From positions 1-64,000 of IMG/VR virus record IMGVR_UViG_3300048502_000089: a stretch of 64,000 nt of DNA; one strand, 5' to 3'. The stretch comes from a virus. Its lineage: Duplodnaviria > Caudoviricetes. Below are positions 43,986 to 53,100 of the stretch, in pieces. A program made the position numbers and the translations under genes. Under the pieces are notes generated by a model. The model did not search any database, was not told where the DNA came from, and saw only the letters and a program-made list of their open reading frames with translations. The stretch's first letter is position 1; each line of letters begins with the position of its first letter.

Positions 43986-44291
43986 ATGACTGCACTGGGG
44001 CAAAACGAACGTGCAGGCGCAGGCGGCTATGTTGGCCCTGGCCGCTACCGGCACTACAAGGGCGGTGAGTACGAAGTTCTGGGGTTTGCTCTCCATGAGA
44101 GTGAGCTATACCGGCTCGTCATTTACCGCCCACTGACGCCACGAGCCACGCTTCAAGCGTATGCGGTCATGGCGCTTATTGGTCTCCTGGGCGTTCGGTC
44201 CCGCAGCGCCATGACGCGCGGAATCCACATCTTCATTCTAGGCAGCTCGAGCGTGGAGCTCGAATCAGCCCCATCCCCAAAATACCTCTAA
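43986..44291 (+). pseudogene. DUF1653-like gene, probably internally deleted or frameshifted
   Basis: GRYRHYKGGEYEVLGFA.H.SE..LVIYRPL N-terminus; family-like PRFK tail lies in another frame. Confidence 0.55.
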
Positions 44292-44610
44292 GCATCTACC
44301 GCGAATTCAGCTAAATACATCGCCGCTTGTGAGGCTCATCGGATCGCCGCGAGACACATTGCGATCCCAACGAGAGCCGCGGCCCAATTGATCATATCTG
44401 GCTAGTCGTCCTCGTCAGCACCCAGGATCGTCTCCTCTCGTTACCAACCGAGGCTGAGCGCTACAGGCACACCCTGTAGGCAGGCGGGCACCTATAGATG
44501 GTGATACGACAGAAGCAAGCGGAGTTTCCGGCTAGTTCAGAGAATTACTTTTTCTGATTCCATCGCACGCGCGTAATGGGAACCTTTTGTCCAAAACGCA
44601 AGTGATTGGG

Positions 44611-44634
44611 TTAGCAGAAATGATTCGATGCTAA
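44611..44634. promoter_or_regulatory. Operator-like palindrome
   Basis: TTAGCAG aaatgattcg ATGCTAA, in the AT-rich intergenic region. Confidence 0.7.
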
Positions 44635-44886
44635 ACACAGTCTCTACCTAGAAGAAATTTCCTCTAGAGAGATTCTGAGTCGAGTCTCAAAGAACGGATG
44701 TCCCTGAGATCGGAGCAGAGAGAGTAGTGGCCCCGCAGCGCCGCAGGCGTGATCTCTAGCCCCAGAAACACGAAAGCCCCCGGTGATCTGGCTAATGCAC
44801 CGAGGGCTTCGTGGAGGCCAGCAACGCGAGAGAGAACGTGCTGAGCTGCGAGACTGCTTGATCTTAGCAGAGATTGATCTCTGTTA

Positions 44887-45741
44887 TCAAGTCCCTTCTG
44901 TGAGGTGCAGAAGGATCTCATAGCGCTGGACTCGATCAGCGACATTCCATCCTGCAGGGTCGAACTCTGTAGACCCTGATTGGGCAGCCGTCCAGATTTC
45001 CTTGCGCATCGTCACGAGCTCTTCCTTGAGCTTTACTGCGGTGTGCTTTGCGAGCTCGTGGCTGTGCGGATGCTCCTTGATCACCTTCAGCTCGGCCACA
45101 TACTGTTCAGCAGCTTTGCGCTCATCAGGCGTCAAGACCGCGTAGGTGTCGGGCGCGGGAGGTGCCTTGTAGACGCCGGCCCGCCATTGGCCAAAGTCCT
45201 CAGCCACCGCTCGATCGAGATCGTAGACCTCGCCATCCTGGTACTGCTGGAGCTGTGCTCGAGCGTCCCAGCGGCCATTCGACCACGCATACGTCTGCCA
45301 ACCCCAAGTGATCTTCTTGGCATTGAACAGATTGCTAATCGTCGAGTAGCCACCATAGGCTCCTGTGCGCGCGAGCCCAATCACCGAGGCGACGCCCTCG
45401 AAGTAGGGGAAGGTCGCGGTGGGTTCAGGAGTCGTATCTTCGTCGACGGCGAAGTAGATCGGCCTTGACCCCTTCATCCCGCACGCGATGGCCTGTTCAA
45501 GCGCGAATTGCGCATTCTGCTCGCCAGCATTGAATCCGCCAGAGATCGCCGTCGCAGAATCCTCGAAGACCACAACGAGATCAATGCCACCCTTGGACAA
45601 CAGAAGCGCCTCCGCGGGCACGAGCGCTTTCCCTTCTTGATGTGAGAGGTAACGCGCCGTGAATGACCAGTCGTGTTGTTTCAGCGTCTCTGGCGAATAC
45701 TGCACATCTGAGTAGTAATCTACGCCAAACCGCATGGTCAT
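44887..45741 (-). CDS. Endolysin, DUF1906/GH25-like glycoside hydrolase
   Basis: GVDY...RYLS...VVVFE...PIYFAVD...GAYG...WQTYAWS...QLQQY. Confidence 0.85.
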   Translation of the reverse strand: MTMRFGVDYYSDVQYSPETLKQHDWSFTARYLSHQEGKALVPAEALLLSKGGIDLVVVFEDSATAISGGFNAGEQNAQFALEQAIACGMKGSRPIYFAVDEDTTPEPTATFPYFEGVASVIGLARTGAYGGYSTISNLFNAKKITWGWQTYAWSNGRWDARAQLQQYQDGEVYDLDRAVAEDFGQWRAGVYKAPPAPDTYAVLTPDERKAAEQYVAELKVIKEHPHSHELAKHTAVKLKEELVTMRKEIWTAAQSGSTEFDPAGWNVADRVQRYEILLHLTEGT

Positions 45742-46229
45742 GATGCTGTTGAAGACGGCGTAGTCTCGGTCACACCAACAGCAGATGCAGCAGGCGTCGT
45801 CGTGTCAGTGCCAGCAGGTTGAGGCGGCGGTGGTTGCGTAGCGAACTCTGTCGTATCGCCAACAAGCTCAGCCGCCTGCTCTTCAACGGCAATGACAGAT
45901 GGCTTCTCCGCGAGATCCTTTTCAACGTCGTAGATCACTTTGGGAGCGGCAGCCGTGCCAGCCGTAATTACCTTCTGAACCGCTGCTGGCGGTGTGAAGG
46001 GGATCTCTGGGGCGCCAAGTCCCTTCGAGACGGCTGTGACCTTCAGCATCGTGCGTGAGGCCACATGAATTCCGGTCGTGATAGTAGCGAGAATGCCTGC
46101 TTCTTTGACAGACAAGTGCGTCTGCGGGATCGATGATGCAATCCCAAGAGCGATGTTCAACACCCACACAGCGATTCCCTCACTCGTGCGAATGGCCTTC
46201 GTTAGTGGTGCAGACAATTTGGGGACCAC
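45738..46229 (-). CDS. Holin-like membrane protein
   Basis: AAAGGA SD then GTG; two TM segments; adjacent to endolysin. Confidence 0.6.
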   Translation of the reverse strand: MVPKLSAPLTKAIRTSEGIAVWVLNIALGIASSIPQTHLSVKEAGILATITTGIHVASRTMLKVTAVSKGLGAPEIPFTPPAAVQKVITAGTAAAPKVIYDVEKDLAEKPSVIAVEEQAAELVGDTTEFATQPPPPQPAGTDTTTPAASAVGVTETTPSSTAS

Positions 46230-46270
46230 GTCAATTCCTTTCGGATGTTCTATGGATGGGAAACTGCATT

Positions 46271-47323
46271 CTACCGCTTGACAAGCCGGCGTTGGGCTTT
46301 CGCCGCAGCCAGCTCCCAAGCGTCGATAAAGCTTGTGATGGTGATGTCTGTTGTGTGCTGAGCAGCCATCACACGAAGGAACTCACTGTACTCCTTACTG
46401 TAATACTGGAAATCGTAGATACGTTTAGCCCAGTCATCAGGTGTCGCAGCTAATTCACATACACCAAACCCAGCTATGCGCTCATACTCAGGAAGCGGAG
46501 AAGCTGCAGAAGGAATACCGAGCGCTGCATACTCGAGCACCTTGATCGCTGAGCGCGCTCGAGAGAATGGAGTGTTTGAGAGCGGGGCAATCCCAATATC
46601 GAACTGAGCGATATTAGAGAAATGCTCTCCGGGTGGCGTCACCCAACCAAGCGTCTCTGGGACTTCTCGAAGTCCAAATTGTCGAGCAACTTCCTTGACT
46701 CCATCTACAGGGGTAGCCGGCGTAAACGCGAGCCCAGTCTTATCCATTGCGCGTTGAAGACCATCACCGACAACCTCGAGGTCGCCAAGATGAGTCTGCC
46801 ACGCCCCAGACCATCCAATTCCTTTCCCGCCGACATGCTCCATCTTGAGTACGTGCGGAGGAACCCCGTTGCGTACCACAGCTCCGTGCCCAAACCCCCA
46901 CGCTCGTTCAATAGCTGGTGTTGAACAAGTAACAATATCCGCCATCTTACATGCACGCCGCGTATGTTCACGATTCTCGAGAGGGCTTACACTAGGATCG
47001 CTGAAATGTTTGAACACAGCTCCATCAGGGAAGACATCGAGATTATCATCAAGATCAATCACTACAGCGATCCCTGCTTGACGCAAGAATTTGATCGAAT
47101 CAACTAGGCGGTAATCGACAGGGCGATGGAAGACCACCACATCAGCGTCTAGCTCACCGAGACCAATTACTTTCTCTAACCCATTTGCTTGTCGCTTCAA
47201 TTTGTTCGGGAAGTAAAACGAATGACTAGCTTCAATGCCGGCGCGCTTCGCCGCTTCAATCGGCTCGAGAATCCGGTAGTAACTGCACCCACTAAGATCA
47301 GACGGGTAGGCGACAACCTTCAT
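46271..47323 (-). CDS. GT-B (GT4-like) glycosyltransferase
   Basis: GCSYYR..P, DLDD, IGWSG, FDIGIAPL...KVLEYAALGIP. Confidence 0.85.
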   Translation of the reverse strand: MKVVAYPSDLSGCSYYRILEPIEAAKRAGIEASHSFYFPNKLKRQANGLEKVIGLGELDADVVVFHRPVDYRLVDSIKFLRQAGIAVVIDLDDNLDVFPDGAVFKHFSDPSVSPLENREHTRRACKMADIVTCSTPAIERAWGFGHGAVVRNGVPPHVLKMEHVGGKGIGWSGAWQTHLGDLEVVGDGLQRAMDKTGLAFTPATPVDGVKEVARQFGLREVPETLGWVTPPGEHFSNIAQFDIGIAPLSNTPFSRARSAIKVLEYAALGIPSAASPLPEYERIAGFGVCELAATPDDWAKRIYDFQYYSKEYSEFLRVMAAQHTTDITITSFIDAWELAAAKAQRRLVKR

Positions 47324-47709
47324 TGCCCACGGACCTTACTGACGACTTGGACCCCTCGCTGAACAGCCTTGGTTATGCAATCCTGCGTCCCCGTTGAGCC
47401 GGCTCGAGACATGAATGAGAAAACCGCATCAACATCAGGATTTTCATCTAGCATCTGCGTGTTTCGGATTGGCCCTGCGTTCCCTCCATACTGCTTCCAA
47501 TCGGCTGGATAAGGGGCCACCTTGAACCCCATATCATTCGCATATTTGCCAGCGATCATATCTGCCCCAGGAGCGTCGCCGTGGATGATCGTCACTTCTG
47601 ACTTCTCTTTCGCACCACCGAGCTGAGCTAGAGTCCAGACAGTATTGAGAGCCTCGATGATTTCCATATCTCCAGTCCAGTCTCGGGATCCACAGAAAAT
47701 GACTTTCAT
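47320..47709 (-). CDS. SLOG-family (YspA/DUF2493-like) protein
   Basis: IFCGSRDW, IIHGDAPGAD, ADW..YG..AGPIRN..ML, GT. Confidence 0.85.
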   Translation of the reverse strand: MKVIFCGSRDWTGDMEIIEALNTVWTLAQLGGAKEKSEVTIIHGDAPGADMIAGKYANDMGFKVAPYPADWKQYGGNAGPIRNTQMLDENPDVDAVFSFMSRAGSTGTQDCITKAVQRGVQVVSKVRGQ

Positions 47710-47960
47710 GACTGCGGCTCGACGAATTTGTGCCCACAGATTGAGCAGACAGGGAGTGGTTCTTCACTATCTTTTGGGATGACATACCCAGCTTCCAACA
47801 TCGCGTGCTGATAAAGAGAAATACTCTCAAGCGATGGGCGCTTCCTACCTGTATCCGCAATGGCCGCGTAATAAAGTTCTGAAGGATCATGAAGATCAGT
47901 CTGAGCTCGCACAGCTCGTGCCATCTCAAGACACGTCTTAGTCATCACCGTTTGCCCCAA
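47706..47960 (-). CDS. Hypothetical protein with C-terminal CxxC
   Basis: ATGA overlap. Confidence 0.6.
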   Translation of the reverse strand: MGQTVMTKTCLEMARAVRAQTDLHDPSELYYAAIADTGRKRPSLESISLYQHAMLEAGYVIPKDSEEPLPVCSICGHKFVEPQS

Positions 47961-48072
47961 TGTCGTTTGCGATTACGCTTGCCCTCGCAAATCGGGCATG
48001 AGCATGGAAAGAGTCCAAACACATACCAATCAATACAATCCAAAAGCCGCCGGATCATCACTCTCTCAACTT

Positions 48073-48300
48073 TTACGGATGTGGATAAGGGAAAGGTTCA
48101 TCAAACTCGATCCTGAAGATAGCTACACCGTTCCCGTCTGGTGCGCGCTCGGAGATCACTGCTCGGCATCCTCTGATGACGAACCATCCTCGGGCCTGAT
48201 GCCTCTTCGCTTCCTCTATCGGGGTAGCTAAGCCGGCCACTCGACCGCCATTGGGATGAAGAGTCCACACAAGCTCTCCTGACAACAACCCGTATCGCAC
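48073..48300 (-). CDS. Hypothetical protein (75 aa)
   Basis: Abuts acetyltransferase stop. Confidence 0.5.
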   Translation of the reverse strand: MRYGLLSGELVWTLHPNGGRVAGLATPIEEAKRHQARGWFVIRGCRAVISERAPDGNGVAIFRIEFDEPFPYPHP

Positions 48301-48852
48301 TCAAAGCCTGTGCCTCTCTTCAGGCGACATGCCGTGGACAGCGCACAGGGAATACACGCCTTGTGAATCACATCCACACTTCATTGGCCTATCTCCATCC
48401 TGCGTATTCGTCGCAATTAGATCGATATGCCGAGCAGGGTTGCCTACCCAAGTCTGCCCAGATGGTACATGCTTTGTCACAACTGCGCCAGCTCCTATCC
48501 GCGCATCATGGCCGACAGTGATATACGGCAACACACAGGCGTTGATCCCGATCTTCACACGCTGGCCAATCGTGGCGTAGCCTCCGATGGTCACTCCTGG
48601 CGCGAGTTGAGCTCCTTGGTTGATCGAAGCATCGTGGCCGATGTGGACATGCTTCATCAACCAGACCAAGGGGCCGACATACGTCTCCTGTTCACAACCA
48701 GCATCAACCGTGACGAATGCCTCTACCCGCGCAAGAAAGCTGATATATGGATCGAAGTAACCTTTCGGCAAATGCCCTGCCATCTCAGGAGGCTCACCAA
48801 TTACAGCTCGAGGGTCAATACCCACTCTGCCCGATGGATGCAAGTTGCTCAA
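48301..48852 (-). CDS. Hexapeptide-repeat (left-handed beta-helix) sugar O/N-acetyltransferase
   Basis: HVHIGHDASI, IGGYATIGQRVKIG, ARIGAGAVVTKHVP...VGNPAR. Confidence 0.88.
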   Translation of the reverse strand: MSNLHPSGRVGIDPRAVIGEPPEMAGHLPKGYFDPYISFLARVEAFVTVDAGCEQETYVGPLVWLMKHVHIGHDASINQGAQLAPGVTIGGYATIGQRVKIGINACVLPYITVGHDARIGAGAVVTKHVPSGQTWVGNPARHIDLIATNTQDGDRPMKCGCDSQGVYSLCAVHGMSPEERHRL

Positions 48853-49532
48853 GTCTCAGTCCCCTTATGGACAACGTCTCTCTGATGGTAGTAGTCGACT
48901 TGCCTCTGGCGCCTACCGCGCTGCCGCTCTTCTTGCTTATGCAAGATCCTCACCGGAGACATAGGAGCTTTGATGACATTGGATTGAGTCTGTACAACGA
49001 TGTCACCACCGCCATCATCAAAGTGGTATGTGTAGTGATTCGTCGTGAAGTGAATACCACATCGAGCACGGATGAATTGGCGGATGCCATACCAAGTGCC
49101 ATCTTGTCCTATTTCTGAAATCTCCAGATCAGCAAAGTCTGGGTGTCCCGCTTCCTCGAGCCATCGCTTCATATCTAGCGACGGCAAAGAGAAGAGCCGG
49201 AAGTCAGAATCCCAAGGGAAGACATAATCATCTGGTGATTCACAGAGCGCGAGAGCTAGCTGCATCATCAAGTCGCGCTTCTCGGCCTCATTCCCTTCCC
49301 ACGGTCGCGCGGGTGCATAGAGCGTAAGGTCGATTTCCTTCCACGCACAAGTAGCCGCAATGATGTCGCGCTGCCACTTTGGAGATTGTGCCTGCCCATG
49401 ATGAGGGAACAGCGCATAAGGACCGTCTACTGCAACCAGATGTGTAACACCAAGGTCGGCAAGGTCAAATACGCACCGCTGCAGATTCTCAGCACTTTCG
49501 TCATACCACGCCAGCATCGCTACGAGCCTCAT
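48849..49532 (-). CDS. GT-A (GT2-like) glycosyltransferase
   Basis: WYDE...L..C...VAVDG...R...DSD DxD motif. Confidence 0.7.
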   Translation of the reverse strand: MRLVAMLAWYDESAENLQRCVFDLADLGVTHLVAVDGPYALFPHHGQAQSPKWQRDIIAATCAWKEIDLTLYAPARPWEGNEAEKRDLMMQLALALCESPDDYVFPWDSDFRLFSLPSLDMKRWLEEAGHPDFADLEISEIGQDGTWYGIRQFIRARCGIHFTTNHYTYHFDDGGGDIVVQTQSNVIKAPMSPVRILHKQEERQRGRRQRQVDYYHQRDVVHKGTET

Positions 49533-49846
49533 GGCACGCAGAACCCTACCATGATCTCCGCTGGCAGCAGCATCATGCACGACCTCTCCGGTGCCTTCTG
49601 GTCAAGCGGCTCGTCTACCGCCGCCATCCAGTTCCCGTCGACGCTGACAAGCCCTCCCCACCAGCCAAGTTCGCTCGGTTCGACCGGCTTGCCCTGGCGC
49701 TCCGGTGGACGCGAAGACTCCTGAATTGCGACACGCTCAAGATCGTATTCCTGAATCAGTGCGCCACACCACTGACAGCGCTGGCGCGAGATCGTTCCAA
49801 ACGTACAGATCGGCCCAGCGAAGTGGATGATCTCTGTGTCACTCAC
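49529..49846 (-). CDS. Hypothetical Cys-containing protein (105 aa)
   Basis: RQRCQWCG. Confidence 0.65.
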   Translation of the reverse strand: MSDTEIIHFAGPICTFGTISRQRCQWCGALIQEYDLERVAIQESSRPPERQGKPVEPSELGWWGGLVSVDGNWMAAVDEPLDQKAPERSCMMLLPAEIMVGFCVP

Positions 49847-50085
49847 CAGAGCACCACACGTATACCATCCTGGTCTTTACCGCCAGCTTGGTGCATGAAG
49901 GGACGATGAGGTTCGTAGCTCGGACGAATCCCTCGAAGATGCCGATGGAACTTAGGTTGGTCGCACCGAGATCCCAAGAACATCTCGTATCCCTCTGGTG
50001 GCTGTAAGCAGCGCTTCCGACAACGCGAGCGCCGGAACGCGCTCTTCAACCACACCCATTCGCTCACTCGAGCGACTAGGCGCAC
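49843..50085 (-). CDS. Small basic Cys/His protein (80 aa)
   Basis: Overlapping stop/start. Confidence 0.5.
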   Translation of the reverse strand: MRLVARVSEWVWLKSAFRRSRCRKRCLQPPEGYEMFLGSRCDQPKFHRHLRGIRPSYEPHRPFMHQAGGKDQDGIRVVLW

Positions 50086-50642
50086 ACGAGAGTCCTACGG
50101 ACGTGCCCACCGCGGGCATGGCCAGTCTGCTCATCGAGAAGTTCGGTCACAAGCGCATCCGCAACGACATTCTCCTCGCGCGGGATGTGCTTGATCTCAA
50201 CCAGCTCGAAGCGGCCGGCGAGTTCTCGAGCTCGGTCGACATACGGCTGGAGGTGTGGCTGCTTGATCTGCCACGCACCGAGAGACTGCTCGACGACGAG
50301 CTTGGAATCCATGTGGATACGGATCCGCTTGACGCCACGCTCGAGCGCCATCTTGAGCGCAAGGATCAGACCCTCGTACTCGGCCTCGTTCACGGTGCCG
50401 TGGTCGCCCAGATAGACGGCCTCCTGATAACCAGTGCCGTCAACGTAGAGCACAGCAGCACACCCGTAATCACCGGGGTTGCCGCGGCTGCCGCCATCGG
50501 TATGAGCGATGGCTACGATGCTTGAATAGTCATTCATTGCTGCTAACGGTAGCAGATTTCTCTCGCGCCGAGAGAGACTCTCACCAAGCAGCTTTCGAGC
50601 ATTGTCGCCACGGTAGTAGTCAGGTGGATAGTCAATGATCAC
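50076..50642 (-). CDS. rnhA: Ribonuclease HI
   Basis: TDGGSRGNPG, NEAEYEGL, DSKLVVEQ, HIPREEN..ADAL. Confidence 0.92.
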   Translation of the reverse strand: MIIDYPPDYYRGDNARKLLGESLSRRERNLLPLAAMNDYSSIVAIAHTDGGSRGNPGDYGCAAVLYVDGTGYQEAVYLGDHGTVNEAEYEGLILALKMALERGVKRIRIHMDSKLVVEQSLGAWQIKQPHLQPYVDRARELAGRFELVEIKHIPREENVVADALVTELLDEQTGHARGGHVRRTLVCA

Positions 50643-52102
50643 GTTGGCACCCTTTCTAGTCTCTCGACCTTCCAACGTCGCTTCAAGTAGAGCTGCTGCA
50701 TACGTTCGCGGTACTGGCTCTTGATGACGCCGATCTTCTCGTCGAAGATGTCGTAGACGATGGCATCTGTCTTCCCCGGCGCCGGCCGCATGATGCGCCC
50801 AATCTGCTGCTCAACGAGAGGGACACGCCGCGCGGGGAAAGCCATGATGAGTCGATCCAACCGCGGGATGTCGAGCGCTTCATCAGCCACCGTCGAGATG
50901 AGGATCGTGCCTCCTGTGGCATTGGCGATAGCTTCACGAACGCGCTCAGAATGCTTGCTCTCTTTGCCCGTCAACACCAATACATTGACCTGATCCTCTT
51001 CGCTCTTCCAAGGGTTTGAGACTCCACAGATGCTTCTCAGTTCCTCCTCGAGCTTCTTGACATGTTCGATACGGCGTGTGGTGACAAGCACATGATGACG
51101 CTTGACCGCTTCATCCATTGCTGTATTTGCTATGAGCAGATTGCGGTCGGCATCGTCGCAAAGCGCTGTAATCAGCTCGGTGTAGTTGTTCTGGACGCGG
51201 TAGCGTGCTCGCATCTGCGTCCGCACAAACTCGAACTCGAACTCGGTAGGCATCACACGTATCATCGGTTTGATCAGAACCTCACCGATGCTGGCGGCAT
51301 CTGTGCTGTGGACGACCGGCCCGATGACCGCCTCGATGAATGGGAAGAGCATCTTGTCCCAGACTGGTGTGGCTGAATAGCCCAGCCGGTAGAACGCTGA
51401 GAAGCGCTGGAGAAGATCCATCAGCGTTTCAGCGCTCGCGTGGTGGACTTCATCGACCACCACCATGCCCCAATGCCGGTAGAAGGAATCAGGCGTCGTC
51501 TCACGCCGGCTCCAGAGCGACTGGCGCAAAGCAATCGTGATCGGCTGCTCATCCCAGGTGCCATCCCCGATCAGACCAGCTCGAGCGCCATAGGACTCTT
51601 CGATCACGGTGGCCCACTGCTTCGCTAGCGCGGTCTTGTCCACGATGATGAGCGTCGGCTGCCCAGCCCAGCGCGCGACCTCGAGCGCGACCCTTGTCTT
51701 CCCGGCGCCAGTAGGCGCCTTCATGATTCCGTTCGTCCAGTCAAGCATCTGATCGCGGGCCTCGGCTTGGTATCCGCGGAGATCGACTGTGGGCCATTCT
51801 GCGAATTGGCGCTCCGATGGCGCGTAGAGCGTCATCCTGCGATCCCAATTGATTTGGACGCCCTGAGCGTTAGCGAGACGGTCTAGAGCGTGGGCATAGC
51901 CGCGAGGTAGAACGAGATGAGTCGCGGTCTCGGCCCAGAGTTCGAGTTTCTCAGGCAGATCCTTTGCACCGGGGATCTTCTCGGAGATCGCTCGATCTCT
52001 ATCAGGGTTCTTGACGCTGAGTGCTGAGCAGACGGCGAGCCGCAATCCCTCGGGGATCTCCGTGCGATCGATGGCGATATGGGTGTCGATGATTGCCCGC
52101 AA
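50639..52102 (-). CDS. SF2 DEAD/DEAH helicase (UvsW/XPB-like)
   Basis: APTGAGKT, DEVHH, SATP, QQIGRIMR. Confidence 0.92.
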   Translation of the reverse strand: MRAIIDTHIAIDRTEIPEGLRLAVCSALSVKNPDRDRAISEKIPGAKDLPEKLELWAETATHLVLPRGYAHALDRLANAQGVQINWDRRMTLYAPSERQFAEWPTVDLRGYQAEARDQMLDWTNGIMKAPTGAGKTRVALEVARWAGQPTLIIVDKTALAKQWATVIEESYGARAGLIGDGTWDEQPITIALRQSLWSRRETTPDSFYRHWGMVVVDEVHHASAETLMDLLQRFSAFYRLGYSATPVWDKMLFPFIEAVIGPVVHSTDAASIGEVLIKPMIRVMPTEFEFEFVRTQMRARYRVQNNYTELITALCDDADRNLLIANTAMDEAVKRHHVLVTTRRIEHVKKLEEELRSICGVSNPWKSEEDQVNVLVLTGKESKHSERVREAIANATGGTILISTVADEALDIPRLDRLIMAFPARRVPLVEQQIGRIMRPAPGKTDAIVYDIFDEKIGVIKSQYRERMQQLYLKRRWKVERLERVPT

Positions 52103-52139
52103 GAGTTGGGATCATAGGTTCTGTTCGATGGCTTGTCAA

Positions 52140-52703
52140 TCATGGGCACGCAATCACCTTCCCAGCGCTCACACACTCCACCAGCGGAGCACTCGCGCTC
52201 GAGTTAGTCGACACAACGAGAACAACTGCCGTACCGATCCCGATTATCAACGTCACGATCACGGCAGCAATACCAATCCATAGCCCAATACTGCCTGTCT
52301 GTCGAGTCGACGTTTCGGTTTGCTGTGTCTTCTGGCCCTGCTGCTCATACTGCGACCGCCGCAGATCGGCTATATCCTTCTGCACCGGCTCAAGCGCCGC
52401 CGTGAGCGCTGCCGTCGCAGACACCGCCGAGATCGCAACTTGCGCCGCAAGTGTCGTGGCCTGCGCCACCGCAACCTCACCCGCACGATTCACCGCAGCC
52501 ACATCAACGGCTCGGATAGCATCAATACGATCTGATTCCGCGGCTCGAAGCTGCTGCGCATAACGCTCCCGTAGCGTTGCGACCTCGCGCACATGCCGTG
52601 ACTCAGCGGCCCGTAGATCGTCTTGCCGAGTGATGGCTGCCTGAACATACTCGAGAACATTCTTCGTTGGATCGATAACTGGCGTATGACGAAACCAACT
52701 CAT
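52140..52703 (-). CDS. Coiled-coil plus C-terminal TM protein
   Basis: Heptad-rich; IGLWIGIAAVIVTLIIGIG. Confidence 0.75.
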   Translation of the reverse strand: MSWFRHTPVIDPTKNVLEYVQAAITRQDDLRAAESRHVREVATLRERYAQQLRAAESDRIDAIRAVDVAAVNRAGEVAVAQATTLAAQVAISAVSATAALTAALEPVQKDIADLRRSQYEQQGQKTQQTETSTRQTGSIGLWIGIAAVIVTLIIGIGTAVVLVVSTNSSASAPLVECVSAGKVIACP

Positions 52704-52719
52704 CTCAACTCCTTCTAAG

Positions 52720-53100
52720 TCAGTGCCCCAAAGTCTTCTCGAGCTGGGGGATCAACACCGTCTGATCGTATGACTCGATCTGGCTCGTGACTGTCTTCGA
52801 CACCATTGAGATCATCCGATCAAGCTGACTTAGTGAAACAGCGGTCTCGGCGTGATGTTGATCCTGTAGCGATAATTGCTTGGCAGTCTGAGCATGATCA
52901 AATGCTTGAAGCGCGAGCAGTGTGCGAACTTCTTTAGCTGTCTTCTTCGATGAGATCGCGGATGCTGTCTTACCACTGAGCAACAATTGCTCGATCCCAT
53001 TGACCGCATTTGCTGATTGTTGGTAGCCCAAAGCAGCAATCGTCAATGTAGCTCCAAGAAAAATACACATGCCAGCGAGAACGGTTGCTATGGCTTTCAC
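52720..53100 (-). CDS. N-terminal TM plus coiled-coil protein
   Basis: Hydrophobic N-terminus. Confidence 0.7.
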   Translation of the reverse strand: MKAIATVLAGMCIFLGATLTIAALGYQQSANAVNGIEQLLLSGKTASAISSKKTAKEVRTLLALQAFDHAQTAKQLSLQDQHHAETAVSLSQLDRMISMVSKTVTSQIESYDQTVLIPQLEKTLGH

